A stretch of 64,000 nt of DNA from an uncultured Desulfobacterales bacterium (GCA_938048455.1 CALIUY010000012.1:154538-218537); one strand, 5' to 3'. Shown: positions 18,471 through 30,977, numbered from the stretch's first letter. Notes: a model not told the origin generated them from the sequence alone. Program-made: numbers and translations.

Positions 18471-19568
18471 TCAGGAGCCCGGGTTGACAGGCTGGCCGTC
18501 CCGCAGGCGCTCGTTGCCCTTGACGACGACCGGCAGGCCGGGGACGAGGCCCGGTCCGGTGACCGCCGCTTTGTCCTCGAGGTAGGCCGTGACCGTGACC
18601 GGAACGGCGCGCGAGCGGCCGGCGTCCACCACGAAGAGGATCGTCCGCCCGCCGGCCGTGAGGAGCGCATCGCGCGGCACCAGCAGCGCCTCCTCCTGCG
18701 GGCGGTCGGCCGGCAGCCGCACCGTGGCCGACAGCCCTTCGATGAAGCCGCGGCGGTTTCCGACCCGGACCTTGACCGGCACGGTGCGCGTGGAGATGTC
18801 GGCGCGGGGGACGACGGCGTGTACCCGGCCTTCGAGCTCTTCTTCCCCGATGCGTACGCGCACCGCCGCCTCCGGCTTCACCCGAGGGAGCAGCCGTTCG
18901 GGGAGGTCGACGCGGATGTCGATCCAGGCGTCGCGGCCGATTTCGACCACGGTCTTCCCCACGTCCACCCACTCGCCGCGTTCGACCCCCCGGCGGATCA
19001 CGACCCCGTCGAAAGGAGCGCGGATGCGCGTTTTGTGGATTTCGAGTTCCAGACGCTCCTGCTCGGCGGCGAGCGCCTCGGCGCGACGCTCGAGGGCGAG
19101 CACGCGGAAGCGGTTCTCGTCGTAGCTCTGCTCGGCGATCGAGCCCTTTTCGAAGAGCCGGCTTCGCCGCGTGTATTCGATCCGCGCGATATCGAGCTCG
19201 GCCAAAACCTGCGCGCGTGAGGCGCGCGCTGTGGCAAGCCGCTTCTGCAGCAGATCGGTGCCGAGTTCCACGATCACCTGCCCCGCCCGGACGCGTTCGC
19301 CCTCCTCCACGGCGACACGCTCGACCAGGCCGGCCACCTCGGTCGCCGTGCGCGAGACCTCGCTGAAGAAAACCGTGCCGATGAATTCGGCTTCGGGGAC
19401 GACCCGGCCGCTCGTGATCGCCGCGGTGACGACCAGCGGCGGAGGGGCGTTCGGGGGGCCTTGTGCCAAAGCCGGGAGCGCCGCTTGCTCCGGCGGCAGC
19501 ACGAGGAGGGCGAGGAGAAGAAGACCGTAGCCCCGGGCGGAACGCACGCTGGGCTCTCGAAGGGTCAT
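18471..19568 (-). CDS. RND efflux periplasmic adaptor (membrane fusion protein)
   Basis: Start chosen at MTLREPSV (19568) with a signal-like segment. Coiled-coil hairpin and beta-barrel segments (IRAPFDGVV). Immediately upstream of the RND pump. Confidence 0.85.
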   Translation of the reverse strand: MTLREPSVRSARGYGLLLLALLVLPPEQAALPALAQGPPNAPPPLVVTAAITSGRVVPEAEFIGTVFFSEVSRTATEVAGLVERVAVEEGERVRAGQVIVELGTDLLQKRLATARASRAQVLAELDIARIEYTRRSRLFEKGSIAEQSYDENRFRVLALERRAEALAAEQERLELEIHKTRIRAPFDGVVIRRGVERGEWVDVGKTVVEIGRDAWIDIRVDLPERLLPRVKPEAAVRVRIGEEELEGRVHAVVPRADISTRTVPVKVRVGNRRGFIEGLSATVRLPADRPQEEALLVPRDALLTAGGRTILFVVDAGRSRAVPVTVTAYLEDKAAVTGPGLVPGLPVVVKGNERLRDGQPVNPGS

Positions 19569-19695
19569 CGGGAATCTCGAATTTCGGTATGGACCGCGGA
19601 ACGGCGCCGCCGGCCCCCGGGGACCGCGCGCTTTCCATCGGTCGAATCTTGTAATGCATCCGCCTGCGGAAAGCAATCCGAAGGGGTCCGCGGCG

Positions 19696-19724
19696 TTGAC
19701 ATTTCTGCCTCCTCCCGGTAGCTT
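19696..19724 (+). promoter_or_regulatory. Candidate sigma70-type promoter for the TAXI-TRAP operon
   Basis: TTGACA, 17-nt spacer, TAGCTT. It would give a leader of about 105 nt containing two GC hairpins (19752-19767, 19770-19792). Confidence 0.35.
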
Positions 19725-19836
19725 GAGGAGCGTTTTCGACGATCGCCCCTCCCTCCCGGAGGGGAGGATCCGCCGTCTCTTTCCGACGGCGGCCTCTTCC
19801 GGTCCCGAACCCCGTTCAACCCAAAGGAGGAGAAGC

Positions 19837-20808
19837 ATGAAAAGGAGCAAGTGGCTCGTCGTCGTCCTGTCGGCCGCTCTGCTGGCCCTCGGCGGCCAGG
19901 GGGTGGATCTCGCGCATGCCGCCAAGAAGTTCGTCTCCATCGCCTCCGGCTGGGTGGTGGGCGTCTACTACCCGCTGGCGGGGGCCATTTCCAACATCGC
20001 TCACAAGAATCTGCCCGACATCAAGATCACCGTCGAGTCCTCCGGCGCTTCGGTGGCGAACGCCAAGCTGATCGCCTCCGGCGACGCCGACATGGCCATC
20101 CTGCAGAACGACATCGCCTATTACGCCCTGCAGGGGGTGAAGCCCATGTTCGACAAGCCGGTCACGAACATCCGCGGCATCACCGCCCTTTACCAGGAGC
20201 ACTGCCAGATTCAGGCGCGGAAAGACGCCAAGATCGCCTCCGTAGCCGACCTCAAGGGCAAGCGCGTTTGCGTGGGACCCCTCGGCTCGGGCACCGAGCA
20301 GAACGCGATGCAGATCCTCGAAGCCTACGGCATGAAGTTCGAGGACTTCGCCAAGGTGGAGCGGCTGACGGCGACCGAGTCGGCCGATTACCTGAAGGAC
20401 GGACGCATCGACGCCGCCTTCTATTCCGTGGGCGTGGGGGCTGCGGGGCTGGTGGACACGGCGATGACCGTCGATTGCGTGATCGTGCCGATCGACGGCG
20501 CCCCGCGCGAGGCGCTGATCAAGAAATACCCCTTCTTCACCCCGGCCGTCGTTCCCCGGGGGGCTTACAAAGGCGTCGAGCAGGACATCCCCACGGTCGC
20601 GGTGATGGCGATCCTCACGGCGCGCGCGGAGATGGATGCGGACACGGCCTACCGCATCACGAAAGTCATCTTCGACAATTTGAAAGACATCGAGCGGGCG
20701 CATGCCAAGGGACGGGAGCTGACGCTTGCGACCGCGCTCACCGGCATGTCCATCCCGCTTCATCCCGGAGCGGAAAAATTCTTCAAAGAGCAAGGGTTGC
20801 TGAAATAG
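19837..20808 (+). CDS. TRAP transporter solute-binding protein, TAXI family
   Basis: ATG at 19837 preceded by AAGGAGGAG. Signal peptide and a TAXI-like core (GVYYPLAGAISNI, ESSGASVANAKL, AILQND). Confidence 0.85.
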   Translation: MKRSKWLVVVLSAALLALGGQGVDLAHAAKKFVSIASGWVVGVYYPLAGAISNIAHKNLPDIKITVESSGASVANAKLIASGDADMAILQNDIAYYALQGVKPMFDKPVTNIRGITALYQEHCQIQARKDAKIASVADLKGKRVCVGPLGSGTEQNAMQILEAYGMKFEDFAKVERLTATESADYLKDGRIDAAFYSVGVGAAGLVDTAMTVDCVIVPIDGAPREALIKKYPFFTPAVVPRGAYKGVEQDIPTVAVMAILTARAEMDADTAYRITKVIFDNLKDIERAHAKGRELTLATALTGMSIPLHPGAEKFFKEQGLLK

Positions 20809-20945
20809 CGGCTGCTCTTGGAGGTCCCTTCCCGCCGGCGGGAAACCGGCGGGAAGGGTCGCGCCGCGACGGAGCGGTTTTCGCATCGGTCGGCCTGGTT
20901 GTCGCTGCGGCCGCGGCGGGGGCTTTTCTGTTTTTCCCCAGACCG

Positions 20946-21392
20946 GTGCTCGAGGTCCGCGGGGTGCGCACCGAGCGGGTCGCCCTCCGTGCCCCCGTCG
21001 CGGCGGGCGATGAATTCCGCCTGCGCTACATCCATTCCGTGGAGCGGATGCCGGTCGAGGCCGTTTTCCACGTCGAGGCCGGCGGGGAACTCCGCCTGGT
21101 CGCGACGCGCTTTTCCTCCCACGGGCCGGGGCTGCCCGCCACCGGGCTCACCCGGGAGGGGGAAGAAGGAACGTTCGTGTCCGCCGCCGCCGCTCGGATG
21201 GAAGCGTTGCGCTTTTATGTCTCCCCGGTCAACGAAGCCGAGCTTTCGATCGGGGGCGAAAGCTTCGCCCTCCCCCTTCTCCTGCCCGAAGGGGAAATCG
21301 CCGAGATCGCCGTCCGCCGCCGGGCTCGGCTCCCGCTCTGGCGGGAGGGACTCCCGGAGGGTACGGCGGCGGCCGAACCCGCAACCCGCTGA
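20946..21392 (+). CDS. DUF1850-like protein (TAXI-TRAP accessory); true start unresolved
   Basis: FRLRYIHSVERMPVEAVF matches the DUF1850 core. The first canonical in-frame start is GTG 20946, but the expected N-terminal TM helix (VFASVGLVVAAAAAGAFLFF) lies upstream at about 20877-20940, where there is no ATG, GTG or TTG. Confidence 0.6.
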   Translation: MLEVRGVRTERVALRAPVAAGDEFRLRYIHSVERMPVEAVFHVEAGGELRLVATRFSSHGPGLPATGLTREGEEGTFVSAAAARMEALRFYVSPVNEAELSIGGESFALPLLLPEGEIAEIAVRRRARLPLWREGLPEGTAAAEPATR

Positions 21393-21407
21393 AGACGGAC
21401 ACGGCTC

Positions 21408-23447
21408 ATGGAACCCTTGATGGCGCGCGATGAGACGCTGGCGAGAAAAGCCGCGGAGATCGTCGAAACCCAGGAGTACGGGGGGCGCCGGCTGACCGGC
21501 TGGGCCCGTCGCCTCGCCTTCGGGATCGCCCTCGGCTTTTCCGGTTTCCAGCTCTACACCGCCTTTTTCGGCGTGCTCACCTCGACCTTGCAGCGCTCGA
21601 TCCATCTCACCTTCGCCATTGCCCTCTGTTTTCTCTTTTATCCCTTTTCACGACGGGCGGCGCGCAAGGGGATTTCGCCCCTGGATCTGCTGCTCGCCTT
21701 GGTCGCGGCCGGGGCGGTCGCCTATGTGAGTCTGTTTTACGAGGAACTGGTGCGCCGCATCGGAGATCCCACCTCGCTCGACCTCGTCATGGGGGTTCTC
21801 GCGATCGGGCTCGTGCTCGAGGCCTCGCGCCGCGCCGTGGGATGGCCGCTCGTCGTCATCACGGGCTTCTTCGTCCTCTACGGGCTGTTCGGGCCTTACT
21901 TCCCCGGCATTTTCGCCCACCGCGGCTACTCCTTCCGCCGCATCGTGGATCACCTCTATCTTACAAGCGAGGGCATTTTCGGGATCCCGCTTTGGGTCTC
22001 CTCGACCTTCGTCTTCGCCTTCGTCCTTTTCGGAGCGATCTTCGAGCGCTCGGGGGCGGGCGAGTACCTCATGCGGCTGGCCATGTCGCTCGTCGGCCAC
22101 ACGCGCGGCGGCCCGGCCAAGGTCTCGGTTGTGGCGAGCGCCTTCATGGGCACGATCTCCGGCTCGGGGGTCGCCAACACCGCGACCATCGGCACGCTCA
22201 CCATCCCGCTCATGAAGAAGGTGGGCTTCAAGCCCGAGATCGCCGGCGGGATCGACACCGCGGCCGGGGGCAACGGCCAGATCATGCCTCCGGTCATGGG
22301 GGCGGCGGCTTTCGTCATGGCCGAGTTTCTGGGGATCCCCTACCTCGAGGTCTGCATCGCGGCCGCGCTGCCGGCGGTGATCGACCAGCTCGCGCTGCTG
22401 GGGGCCGTACACCTTCTGGCGACGAAGTACGGTTTCCGCGGGGTCCCCCGGGAGATGCTGCCGCGCTTCGTTCCCACGCTTCTCTCGGGGCTGCACTACC
22501 TCGTTCCGATCGGGGTGCTCCTCTACGCCCTGATCGTCGCCCGCCTGACGCCGCTCACCGCGGCGGCGATGACCATCGGCTGCGCGGTGACGATCTTCTT
22601 GGCGCGAGCGCTCCTGATCTCGGCCGGCCTTTTGCCCGCGGAAGCCGCGACGGAAAAGCCGGTTGCGCGCGCGCCTTCCTGGAAGCCTTTTCGCGAAGCC
22701 CTCCTGCGGATGATCGACGCGCTCTACAACGCGGCGCGCTCCATGGCGGCGATCGGGGTCACTTGCGCCTGCGCCGGCATGGTCGTAGGCATGGTCAGCC
22801 TGACCGGCGCCGGGCTCAACATGACGAACATCCTGGTCGAGCTTTCCTTCGGCAACGTCTACCTCGCCATGGGGCTGACGATGATCGCCTGCCTGATCCT
22901 CGGCATGGGGGTCCCCACGACCCCCAACTACGTCATCATGGCGACGATCATGGCGCCCGCCCTGATCGCGATGAAACCGGACACCCCGCTCATCGCCGCC
23001 CACCTCTTCGTCTTCTACTTCGGGATTCTGGCCGACGGGACTCCGCCCGTGTGTCTGGCGGCCTACGCCGCGGCGGGCATCGCCGGGGCGGACCCCTTCA
23101 AGACCGGGGTCGAGGCCTTCAAGCTCGACATGCGGACCTTCCTTCTGCCCTACATGTTCATCACCGCGCCGCAGATGCTGCTGATCGGCCTCGCCCCCGG
23201 GCTCGCCGGTGTGCTCGAGGCCTGCTGGATCTTCATCACCTCCTCGATCGGGATGTATGCGCTCGCCGCCGGGATGCAGGGGTTCCTCGTGGACGACGAC
23301 ACCTGGATCGAGCGGATCCTCTTGCTCGCCGTGGCCCTCTGCCTCGTCAAGCCCGGCTTCTACACCGATCTGGCGGGGCTGGCCGGCTTCGCCGGCGTCT
23401 ATTTCCTGCAGAAGCGGCGGGTGGCGGCGCGGCGCGCGCCGGGCTGA
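21408..23447 (+). CDS. TRAP transporter fused permease (TAXI-associated 4TM/12TM fusion)
   Basis: 679-aa polytopic membrane protein that follows the TAXI binding protein and the DUF1850 gene. Confidence 0.85.
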   Translation: MEPLMARDETLARKAAEIVETQEYGGRRLTGWARRLAFGIALGFSGFQLYTAFFGVLTSTLQRSIHLTFAIALCFLFYPFSRRAARKGISPLDLLLALVAAGAVAYVSLFYEELVRRIGDPTSLDLVMGVLAIGLVLEASRRAVGWPLVVITGFFVLYGLFGPYFPGIFAHRGYSFRRIVDHLYLTSEGIFGIPLWVSSTFVFAFVLFGAIFERSGAGEYLMRLAMSLVGHTRGGPAKVSVVASAFMGTISGSGVANTATIGTLTIPLMKKVGFKPEIAGGIDTAAGGNGQIMPPVMGAAAFVMAEFLGIPYLEVCIAAALPAVIDQLALLGAVHLLATKYGFRGVPREMLPRFVPTLLSGLHYLVPIGVLLYALIVARLTPLTAAAMTIGCAVTIFLARALLISAGLLPAEAATEKPVARAPSWKPFREALLRMIDALYNAARSMAAIGVTCACAGMVVGMVSLTGAGLNMTNILVELSFGNVYLAMGLTMIACLILGMGVPTTPNYVIMATIMAPALIAMKPDTPLIAAHLFVFYFGILADGTPPVCLAAYAAAGIAGADPFKTGVEAFKLDMRTFLLPYMFITAPQMLLIGLAPGLAGVLEACWIFITSSIGMYALAAGMQGFLVDDDTWIERILLLAVALCLVKPGFYTDLAGLAGFAGVYFLQKRRVAARRAPG

Positions 23448-23538
23448 AAGCGAGGCGGCCGGCCGTTTCGTCTCTCGCCCCAGCGGCATCCGCGGGCTGG
23501 GCGGCCGCTTTCGGAGCGGAGAGCGTTCGTCGTGTCGT

Positions 23539-24912
23539 TCAGAGCGGCTCGAAGCGGGCCGTGAAGTGTCGCAGCAGGGGGGGCGCAGAGAGGATGCGCA
23601 ACCCGCGCAGCTCCCGGCGGCGGTCGAAGACCGCGGCGATCGTCTCGATCACGTAATCCATGTGGCTTTGCGTGTAGACGCGCCGCGGCACGGCCAGGCG
23701 CACCTGCTCGAGGGGCGCGGGGCGGAAGGCGAGCGTTTCGGGATCGGTTTTCCCGAACATGACCGAGCCGATCTCGCAGGAGCGGATGCCGCCCTCGAGG
23801 TAGAGGGCACAGGCGAGCGCTTGCCCCGGAAACTCCTGCGGCGGGATGTGGGGGAGAAAGGCCGCCGCGTCGAGGTAGACGGCATGGCCGCCCGCCGGCT
23901 TGTAGACGGGGATGCCCAAGGCGTCCAGCTTTTCGACCACGTAGGCGATCGAGCGGATACGGTAACGCAGGTAGTCCTCCTCGAGCACCTCTTCCAAGCC
24001 CTGGGCGAAGGCCTCCAGGTCGCGGCCGGCGAGCCCGCCGTAGGTCGGAAAGCCCTCGGTGACGATCAGAATGTTCCGCGCCTGCTGGGCGAGTTGCCCG
24101 TCGTTCAGGGCGAGAAACCCGCCGATGTTGACCAAGCCGTCTTTTTTGCCGCTCATCGTACAGCCGTCGGCGAGCGCGAACATCTCACGGGCGATCTCGC
24201 GCGGGGATCTCGCGCGGCAGCCGGGCTCGCGCGTCTTGATGAACCAGGCGTTTTCGGCGAAGCGGCAGGCGTCGAGAAAAAAGGGAATCCCGTAGGAGCG
24301 GCAGAGCTCGGAGACCCGGCGGATGCAGCCGAGCGCCACGGGCTGGCCGGCGCAGGCGTTGTTGGTCACGGTCATGAGGACCAGAGGAACGCGCTCCCGG
24401 CCCTGCTGCTTGAGCAGCCGCTCGAGGGCGGCGAGGTTCATGTTTCCCTTGAAGTCCCGCACCAGCGCCGGGGCGAGCCCCTCCTCCGTCGGCAGATCCA
24501 CGGCCTCCGCCCCGCTCACCTCGATATTCGCCCGCGTCGTGTCGAAGTGGCTGTTGTTGGGGATGATCTTCCCCGGCCCGCCGAGGATTGAAAAGAGGAT
24601 GCGTTCGGCCGCGCGGCCCTGGTGGGTGGGGATCACGTGCCGGTAGCCGGTCAGCTCCCGCACCGTCTTCTCGAAACGGTAGAAGCTCCGCGCCCCGGCG
24701 TAGGCCTCGTCTCCGTCGAGCATCCCGGCCCACTGCCGCGAGCTCATGGCCGAGGTGCCTGAGTCGGTCAAGAGATCGATCAGGACCTCCTCGGCGGGCA
24801 CGCAGAAGAGGTTCCAGCCGGCCCGCGCCAGGACCTCCTCGCGCCGGGGGCGGGTCGTGAACTGCAGAGGCTCGACGGTTTTGATCTTGAAGGGCTCGAT
24901 GACGGTCTTCAT
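23539..24912 (-). CDS. Beta-eliminating lyase (tryptophanase / tyrosine phenol-lyase family)
   Basis: 457 aa with GGAGG before the ATG. N-terminus EPFKIKTVEP and PLP-lysine region SGKKDGLVNIGGFLALND. Confidence 0.85.
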   Translation of the reverse strand: MKTVIEPFKIKTVEPLQFTTRPRREEVLARAGWNLFCVPAEEVLIDLLTDSGTSAMSSRQWAGMLDGDEAYAGARSFYRFEKTVRELTGYRHVIPTHQGRAAERILFSILGGPGKIIPNNSHFDTTRANIEVSGAEAVDLPTEEGLAPALVRDFKGNMNLAALERLLKQQGRERVPLVLMTVTNNACAGQPVALGCIRRVSELCRSYGIPFFLDACRFAENAWFIKTREPGCRARSPREIAREMFALADGCTMSGKKDGLVNIGGFLALNDGQLAQQARNILIVTEGFPTYGGLAGRDLEAFAQGLEEVLEEDYLRYRIRSIAYVVEKLDALGIPVYKPAGGHAVYLDAAAFLPHIPPQEFPGQALACALYLEGGIRSCEIGSVMFGKTDPETLAFRPAPLEQVRLAVPRRVYTQSHMDYVIETIAAVFDRRRELRGLRILSAPPLLRHFTARFEPL

Positions 24913-25105
24913 GGGCCTCCATGCGGAGCGAAGGGGACGGAGGATCCCCTACCATCAGCGCCTCCGGCGAGTCAATCGCGGGGGAAGAGGCAAGGCCCCC
25001 GCCGGTTGACTCGGGCCTCTTTGTGTGAAAAGGAAAGCAAGATTTCGCAATCCGCGCGTCGCCCCGCCGCGGGGCGGTACGTCGGTTCGACCAGGAGGGC
25101 TTGCC

Positions 25106-25546
25106 ATGGCCGGAATCAACAAGGTGATCCTCGTCGGGCGCCTCGGAAACGACCCCGAAGTCCGCTACACCCCGAACGGATCGGCGGTCGTACGCTTCAG
25201 TGTGGCCACCTCCGAGGAATGGCGGGACAAGAACACCGGAGAAAAAAAGGAACGCACCGAGTGGCACCGGGTCGTCGCCTGGGACAAGCTGGGCGAGCGA
25301 TGCGCCGAGTACCTCGCCAAAGGGCGCCAGGTTTACGTGGAGGGCCGGTTGCAGACCCGCTCCTACGAGGACAAGGAGGGCGTCAAGCGCTACAGCACCG
25401 AGATCGTGGCCAATGATGTGCAGTTCCTGGGCGGCCGGGAAGGCCAGCCCGGAAAGGCGGACGCCGCCGCCGTCCCCGCCTCCCGGGGAGCCGCCGGAGC
25501 GGTGCACGAGCCGCCTTCCCCGACCGACGACGACATCCCCTTCTGA
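25106..25546 (+). CDS. ssb: Single-stranded DNA-binding protein
   Basis: ATG at 25106 after AGGAGGG. OB-fold N-terminus [18 protein letters not shown] and an acidic tail ending DDDIPF. Confidence 0.95.
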   Translation: MAGINKVILVGRLGNDPEVRYTPNGSAVVRFSVATSEEWRDKNTGEKKERTEWHRVVAWDKLGERCAEYLAKGRQVYVEGRLQTRSYEDKEGVKRYSTEIVANDVQFLGGREGQPGKADAAAVPASRGAAGAVHEPPSPTDDDIPF

Positions 25547-25584
25547 ACTCCTGCCGCCGCCAAGGCCCCCCAGGGTCAAGGGAG

Positions 25585-25613
25585 GCCGGGCCGCGGGAGA
25601 GCCGCGGCCCGGC
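25585..25613 (+). terminator. Perfect 12-bp GC hairpin downstream of ssb (terminator-like)
   Basis: GCCGGGCCGCGG, loop GAGAG, CCGCGGCCCGGC. No clean U-tract follows. A second 8-bp hairpin lies about 20 nt downstream. Confidence 0.45.
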
Positions 25614-25746
25614 GGGGGCTGTTCCTTCCGGTTCGGTTCTCCGAACCGCGTGCCGTCGTTGGCATGACGCCACTTTTCTGATACCCTGATTCCACCATCG
25701 CTGGGATAGACGATCCGCCGGGACCGCAACCGGTTGAGGGGCGTAG

Positions 25747-27678
<1,932 letters not shown>

Positions 27679-27699
27679 GATTCACGGAGAAGGGGTACG

Positions 27700-30003
27700 A
27701 TGGCTCGATCGCAACCCGCCGCCCGTCCGGGCGTCGAGCGCCTGCCGCTCGTCGAGTTCGTGCGGCCGGCCTATCTGAACTACGCGATGTACGTGGTCAT
27801 GGACCGGGCGCTGCCCTTCCTGGGCGACGGCCTGAAACCCGTGCAGCGGCGCATCGTGTACGCCATGAGCGAGCTCGGCCTGCGCGCGGCGGCGAAGCCC
27901 AAAAAATCCGCCCGTACCGTGGGGGATGTGCTCGGCAAGTATCACCCCCACGGCGACAGCGCCTGCTACGAGGCGATGGTGCTGCTCGCCCAGCCCTTCA
28001 CCACGCGCTATCCCCTGATCGAGGGGCAGGGCAACTGGGGCTCGGTCGACAACCCCAAAGATTTCGCCGCCATGCGCTACACCGAGGCGCGGCTCTCGGC
28101 TTACGCCGATGTGCTTTTGCGCGAGCTCGAGATGGGCACGACGAGCTGGGTTCCCAACTTCGACGGCACCCTGCGCGAGCCGGCGACCCTCCCGGCGCGG
28201 CTGCCCAACGTGCTTTTAAACGGCGCCACCGGCATCGCCGTCGGCATGACGACCGACATTCCGCCCCACAACCTGCGAGAGGTGGTCGAGGCCTGCATTC
28301 ACCTGCTCGACCACCCGGGGGCCGGAGCCGAGGAGCTTTGCCGCTTCATCCACGGCCCCGACTTTCCGACCGGCGCCGAGCTCATCACCCCCCGGCACGA
28401 GCTGCTCGAGGCCTACCGCAGCGGCCAGGGGACGATCCGGCTGCGGGCGACCTACGAGTTCGAGAACGGCGACATCGTCGTGACCGCGCTTCCCTACCAG
28501 GTCTCGACCGGACGGGTGATCGAGCAGATCGCCGCCCAGATGACGGCCAAGAAGCTCCCCCTGGTGGCCGACGTGCGCGACGAGTCCGATCACGAGGAAC
28601 CCGTGCGCCTGCGGATCGTGCCGCGCTCGAGCCGTGTCGACCGCGAGGCGCTGATGGGGCATCTGCTCGCCACGACCGACCTCGAGAAGAGCTTCCGGCT
28701 GAACTTCACGGTGATCGGCCTGAACCGCCGTCCCCAGACGCTCGGGCTGCCCGAGCTCCTGAGGCAATGGCTTGCCTTCCGGAAAGCAACCGTCGTCCGC
28801 CGGCTGCAGCACCGCCGCGAGCGGATCGCCGAGCGCCTCCATCTCCTCGAAGGGCTCCTGGTCGTCTTCGCGCACCTCGACGAGGTGATCCGCATCATCC
28901 GCAAGAGCGACGAGCCGCGCTCCGAGCTCATGCGGCGCTTCGGCCTGAGCGAGGCGCAGGCGGAGGCGATTCTCCAGATCCGGCTGCGCCAGCTCGCCCG
29001 CCTCGAGGAGCTGCGCCTGAAGAACGAGAAGGCCGAGCTCGAGGCCGAAGCGCGCGCGATCGCGGCCACCCTTTCCTCGGAGCGGCGGTTGAAGTCCCTC
29101 CTGCAGCGGGAGCTGCGCGAGGATGCGGCCGCCCACGGAGATTCCCGCCGGACACGGATCGTCGAGCGCCCGGAGGCGCAGGCGCTGCGCGAGCAGGATC
29201 TCACCCCCGCCGAGCCGGTGACCGTCGTGCTTTCGGCGAACGGCTGGGTCCGGGCGGCGAAGGGGCACGAACTCGACCCCGCCGGCCTGGCCTTCAAGCC
29301 GGGCGACCGTTTTCTCGGCGCAGCCCGCGGCCGCTCGAACCAACCGGTTCTTTTTCTGGATTCCTCCGGCCGCACTTACAGCCTGGAGGCCCACCGCCTG
29401 CCCTCGGCCCGCGGCTTCGGCGAGCCGCTGGCGGCACGCTTTCCGCTTCCCGCGGGCGCGCGCTTCGTCTCGGTGGCGATCGCGGGGGAGGAGACGCGCC
29501 TCGTGCTGGCGAGCGACTTCGGCTACGGCTTCGTCGCCGCCTTTTCCGAACTGCTCGCCCGGAACCAGAAGGGACGGGCGGTCCTGAAACTCCCGGCGGG
29601 AGCCAGCGCTCTGCCGGCGGCGGTTCTCGAGGACCCCGAGGAGGGGCTGCTCGCCGCGGTGACCGATGCGGGTCTGATGCTCATCGTGGCCGCGCGCGAG
29701 CTTCCCGTGCTCGCCCGGGGCAAGGGGAACAAGATCCTCCACATTCCGCGCGCCCGGCTCACCTCCGGCGAGGAGCGGCTGGCGCACCTCGTCGCTTTCC
29801 GACCCGGCGAGGCGCTACGGCTCCATGCCGGCAAGCGCTCCCTGCGCCTCGGCCCGGAGGCGCTTGAAGCCTACCGCGGGGAACGCGGCCGGCGGGGGCG
29901 CATGCTGCCGCGCGGATTCCGCCGGGTGGAGAGGATCGAGCGCGAAGCCGTTCCCGCCCGGCAGGATCGTCCGCCGCAACAGGGACACTTCGCGGAGTTC
30001 TGA
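27700..30003 (+). CDS. parC: DNA topoisomerase IV subunit A
   Basis: 767 aa. [30 protein letters not shown]...[17 protein letters not shown] is nearly identical to the ParC signature region. Confidence 0.9.
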   Translation: MARSQPAARPGVERLPLVEFVRPAYLNYAMYVVMDRALPFLGDGLKPVQRRIVYAMSELGLRAAAKPKKSARTVGDVLGKYHPHGDSACYEAMVLLAQPFTTRYPLIEGQGNWGSVDNPKDFAAMRYTEARLSAYADVLLRELEMGTTSWVPNFDGTLREPATLPARLPNVLLNGATGIAVGMTTDIPPHNLREVVEACIHLLDHPGAGAEELCRFIHGPDFPTGAELITPRHELLEAYRSGQGTIRLRATYEFENGDIVVTALPYQVSTGRVIEQIAAQMTAKKLPLVADVRDESDHEEPVRLRIVPRSSRVDREALMGHLLATTDLEKSFRLNFTVIGLNRRPQTLGLPELLRQWLAFRKATVVRRLQHRRERIAERLHLLEGLLVVFAHLDEVIRIIRKSDEPRSELMRRFGLSEAQAEAILQIRLRQLARLEELRLKNEKAELEAEARAIAATLSSERRLKSLLQRELREDAAAHGDSRRTRIVERPEAQALREQDLTPAEPVTVVLSANGWVRAAKGHELDPAGLAFKPGDRFLGAARGRSNQPVLFLDSSGRTYSLEAHRLPSARGFGEPLAARFPLPAGARFVSVAIAGEETRLVLASDFGYGFVAAFSELLARNQKGRAVLKLPAGASALPAAVLEDPEEGLLAAVTDAGLMLIVAARELPVLARGKGNKILHIPRARLTSGEERLAHLVAFRPGEALRLHAGKRSLRLGPEALEAYRGERGRRGRMLPRGFRRVERIEREAVPARQDRPPQQGHFAEF

Positions 30004-30009
30004 GCCCTC

Positions 30010-30957
30010 TCAGATCGGGCCCGCCTCTTCGAGAAGCCGCAGCAGGCGGATCAGCCGGCGGTCGCGGGCGCGGAAAACCTCCTCGGGGGATCGTCCGCCG
30101 TAGTCGTAGAAGCCGGCCCCCGTTTTCACCCCCAACCTCCCCTGGGCCACCCGCGTATCGACCGCGGCCGCGCGCTCGATCGGCGCGGGGGGCACGTAGC
30201 GGCGGTTTTTCAGGATCGCCTGCTGGAGGTCGAGCCCGGCGAAATCGAGCCGCTGGATGACCCCGAGAAACGGCGTGCGCAGGGCGAAGCTCTGCTTCAC
30301 CGCCTCGTCGAGTTCCTCCGCCGTGGCGTAGCCGTTTTCGAGCAAAAAGAGCGCCTCCTGGGTCAGGGCGGCCTGCAGACGGTTGGCGAGAAATCCCGGC
30401 AGGAACCGGCGCAGGACGAGCGGTTTCTTGCCCAGGGCGGCAAGCAGATCGCGGACGGCGGCGATCGTCTCCGCGGCGGTCTGCGGGCCGCCCACGACTT
30501 CGACCAAGGGGATGAGGTGCGGCGGGGCAAACCAATGGGTGATGAGGACTTTCGCGGGCCGGCCGGTTTCGACGAAGGAAAAGAGGTCGAGGTGCGAGGT
30601 GTTGCTGGCGAGGATCGCGTGCGGCGGGGCGAGCCGGTCGAGGTCGGCGAAAAGGCGGCGCTTCGCCTCGACCTGCTCGACCACGGCCTCGAGAATGAAA
30701 TCGGCCTCGGCGCAGGCCTCTTCGAGCCGCGTCGTCGTGTGGATGCGGGAAAGGACGGCGGGGATCTCCTCCGGGGAGGCCATCCCCTCGGCGGCGAGGG
30801 TTTCGAGGGCGGCGGCGATGCGGCGTTTGGCCGTCTCGAGAACCGCCTCGTCGAGGTCGACCAGCCGGGTCGGCAGACCGTTGCGGGCGAAGACGAGGGC
30901 CAACCCATGGCCCATGGTGCCGGCGCCGATCACGGCCGTGCGGTGGATCGTATTCAT
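30010..30957 (-). CDS. 3-hydroxyacyl-CoA (3-hydroxybutyryl-CoA) dehydrogenase
   Basis: 315 aa. Rossmann motif VIGAGTMGHGLA, plus the 3HCDH N- and C-domain pattern. Confidence 0.85.
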   Translation of the reverse strand: MNTIHRTAVIGAGTMGHGLALVFARNGLPTRLVDLDEAVLETAKRRIAAALETLAAEGMASPEEIPAVLSRIHTTTRLEEACAEADFILEAVVEQVEAKRRLFADLDRLAPPHAILASNTSHLDLFSFVETGRPAKVLITHWFAPPHLIPLVEVVGGPQTAAETIAAVRDLLAALGKKPLVLRRFLPGFLANRLQAALTQEALFLLENGYATAEELDEAVKQSFALRTPFLGVIQRLDFAGLDLQQAILKNRRYVPPAPIERAAAVDTRVAQGRLGVKTGAGFYDYGGRSPEEVFRARDRRLIRLLRLLEEAGPI

Positions 30958-30977
30958 GGCGCTCTCTCCTCAAACCG

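Noticed and set aside
25080-25100. tRNA-like GGTTCGA T-loop motif upstream of ssb
   Set aside because: No acceptor, D or anticodon stems can be drawn around it. It sits in the ssb 5' leader directly before the RBS.
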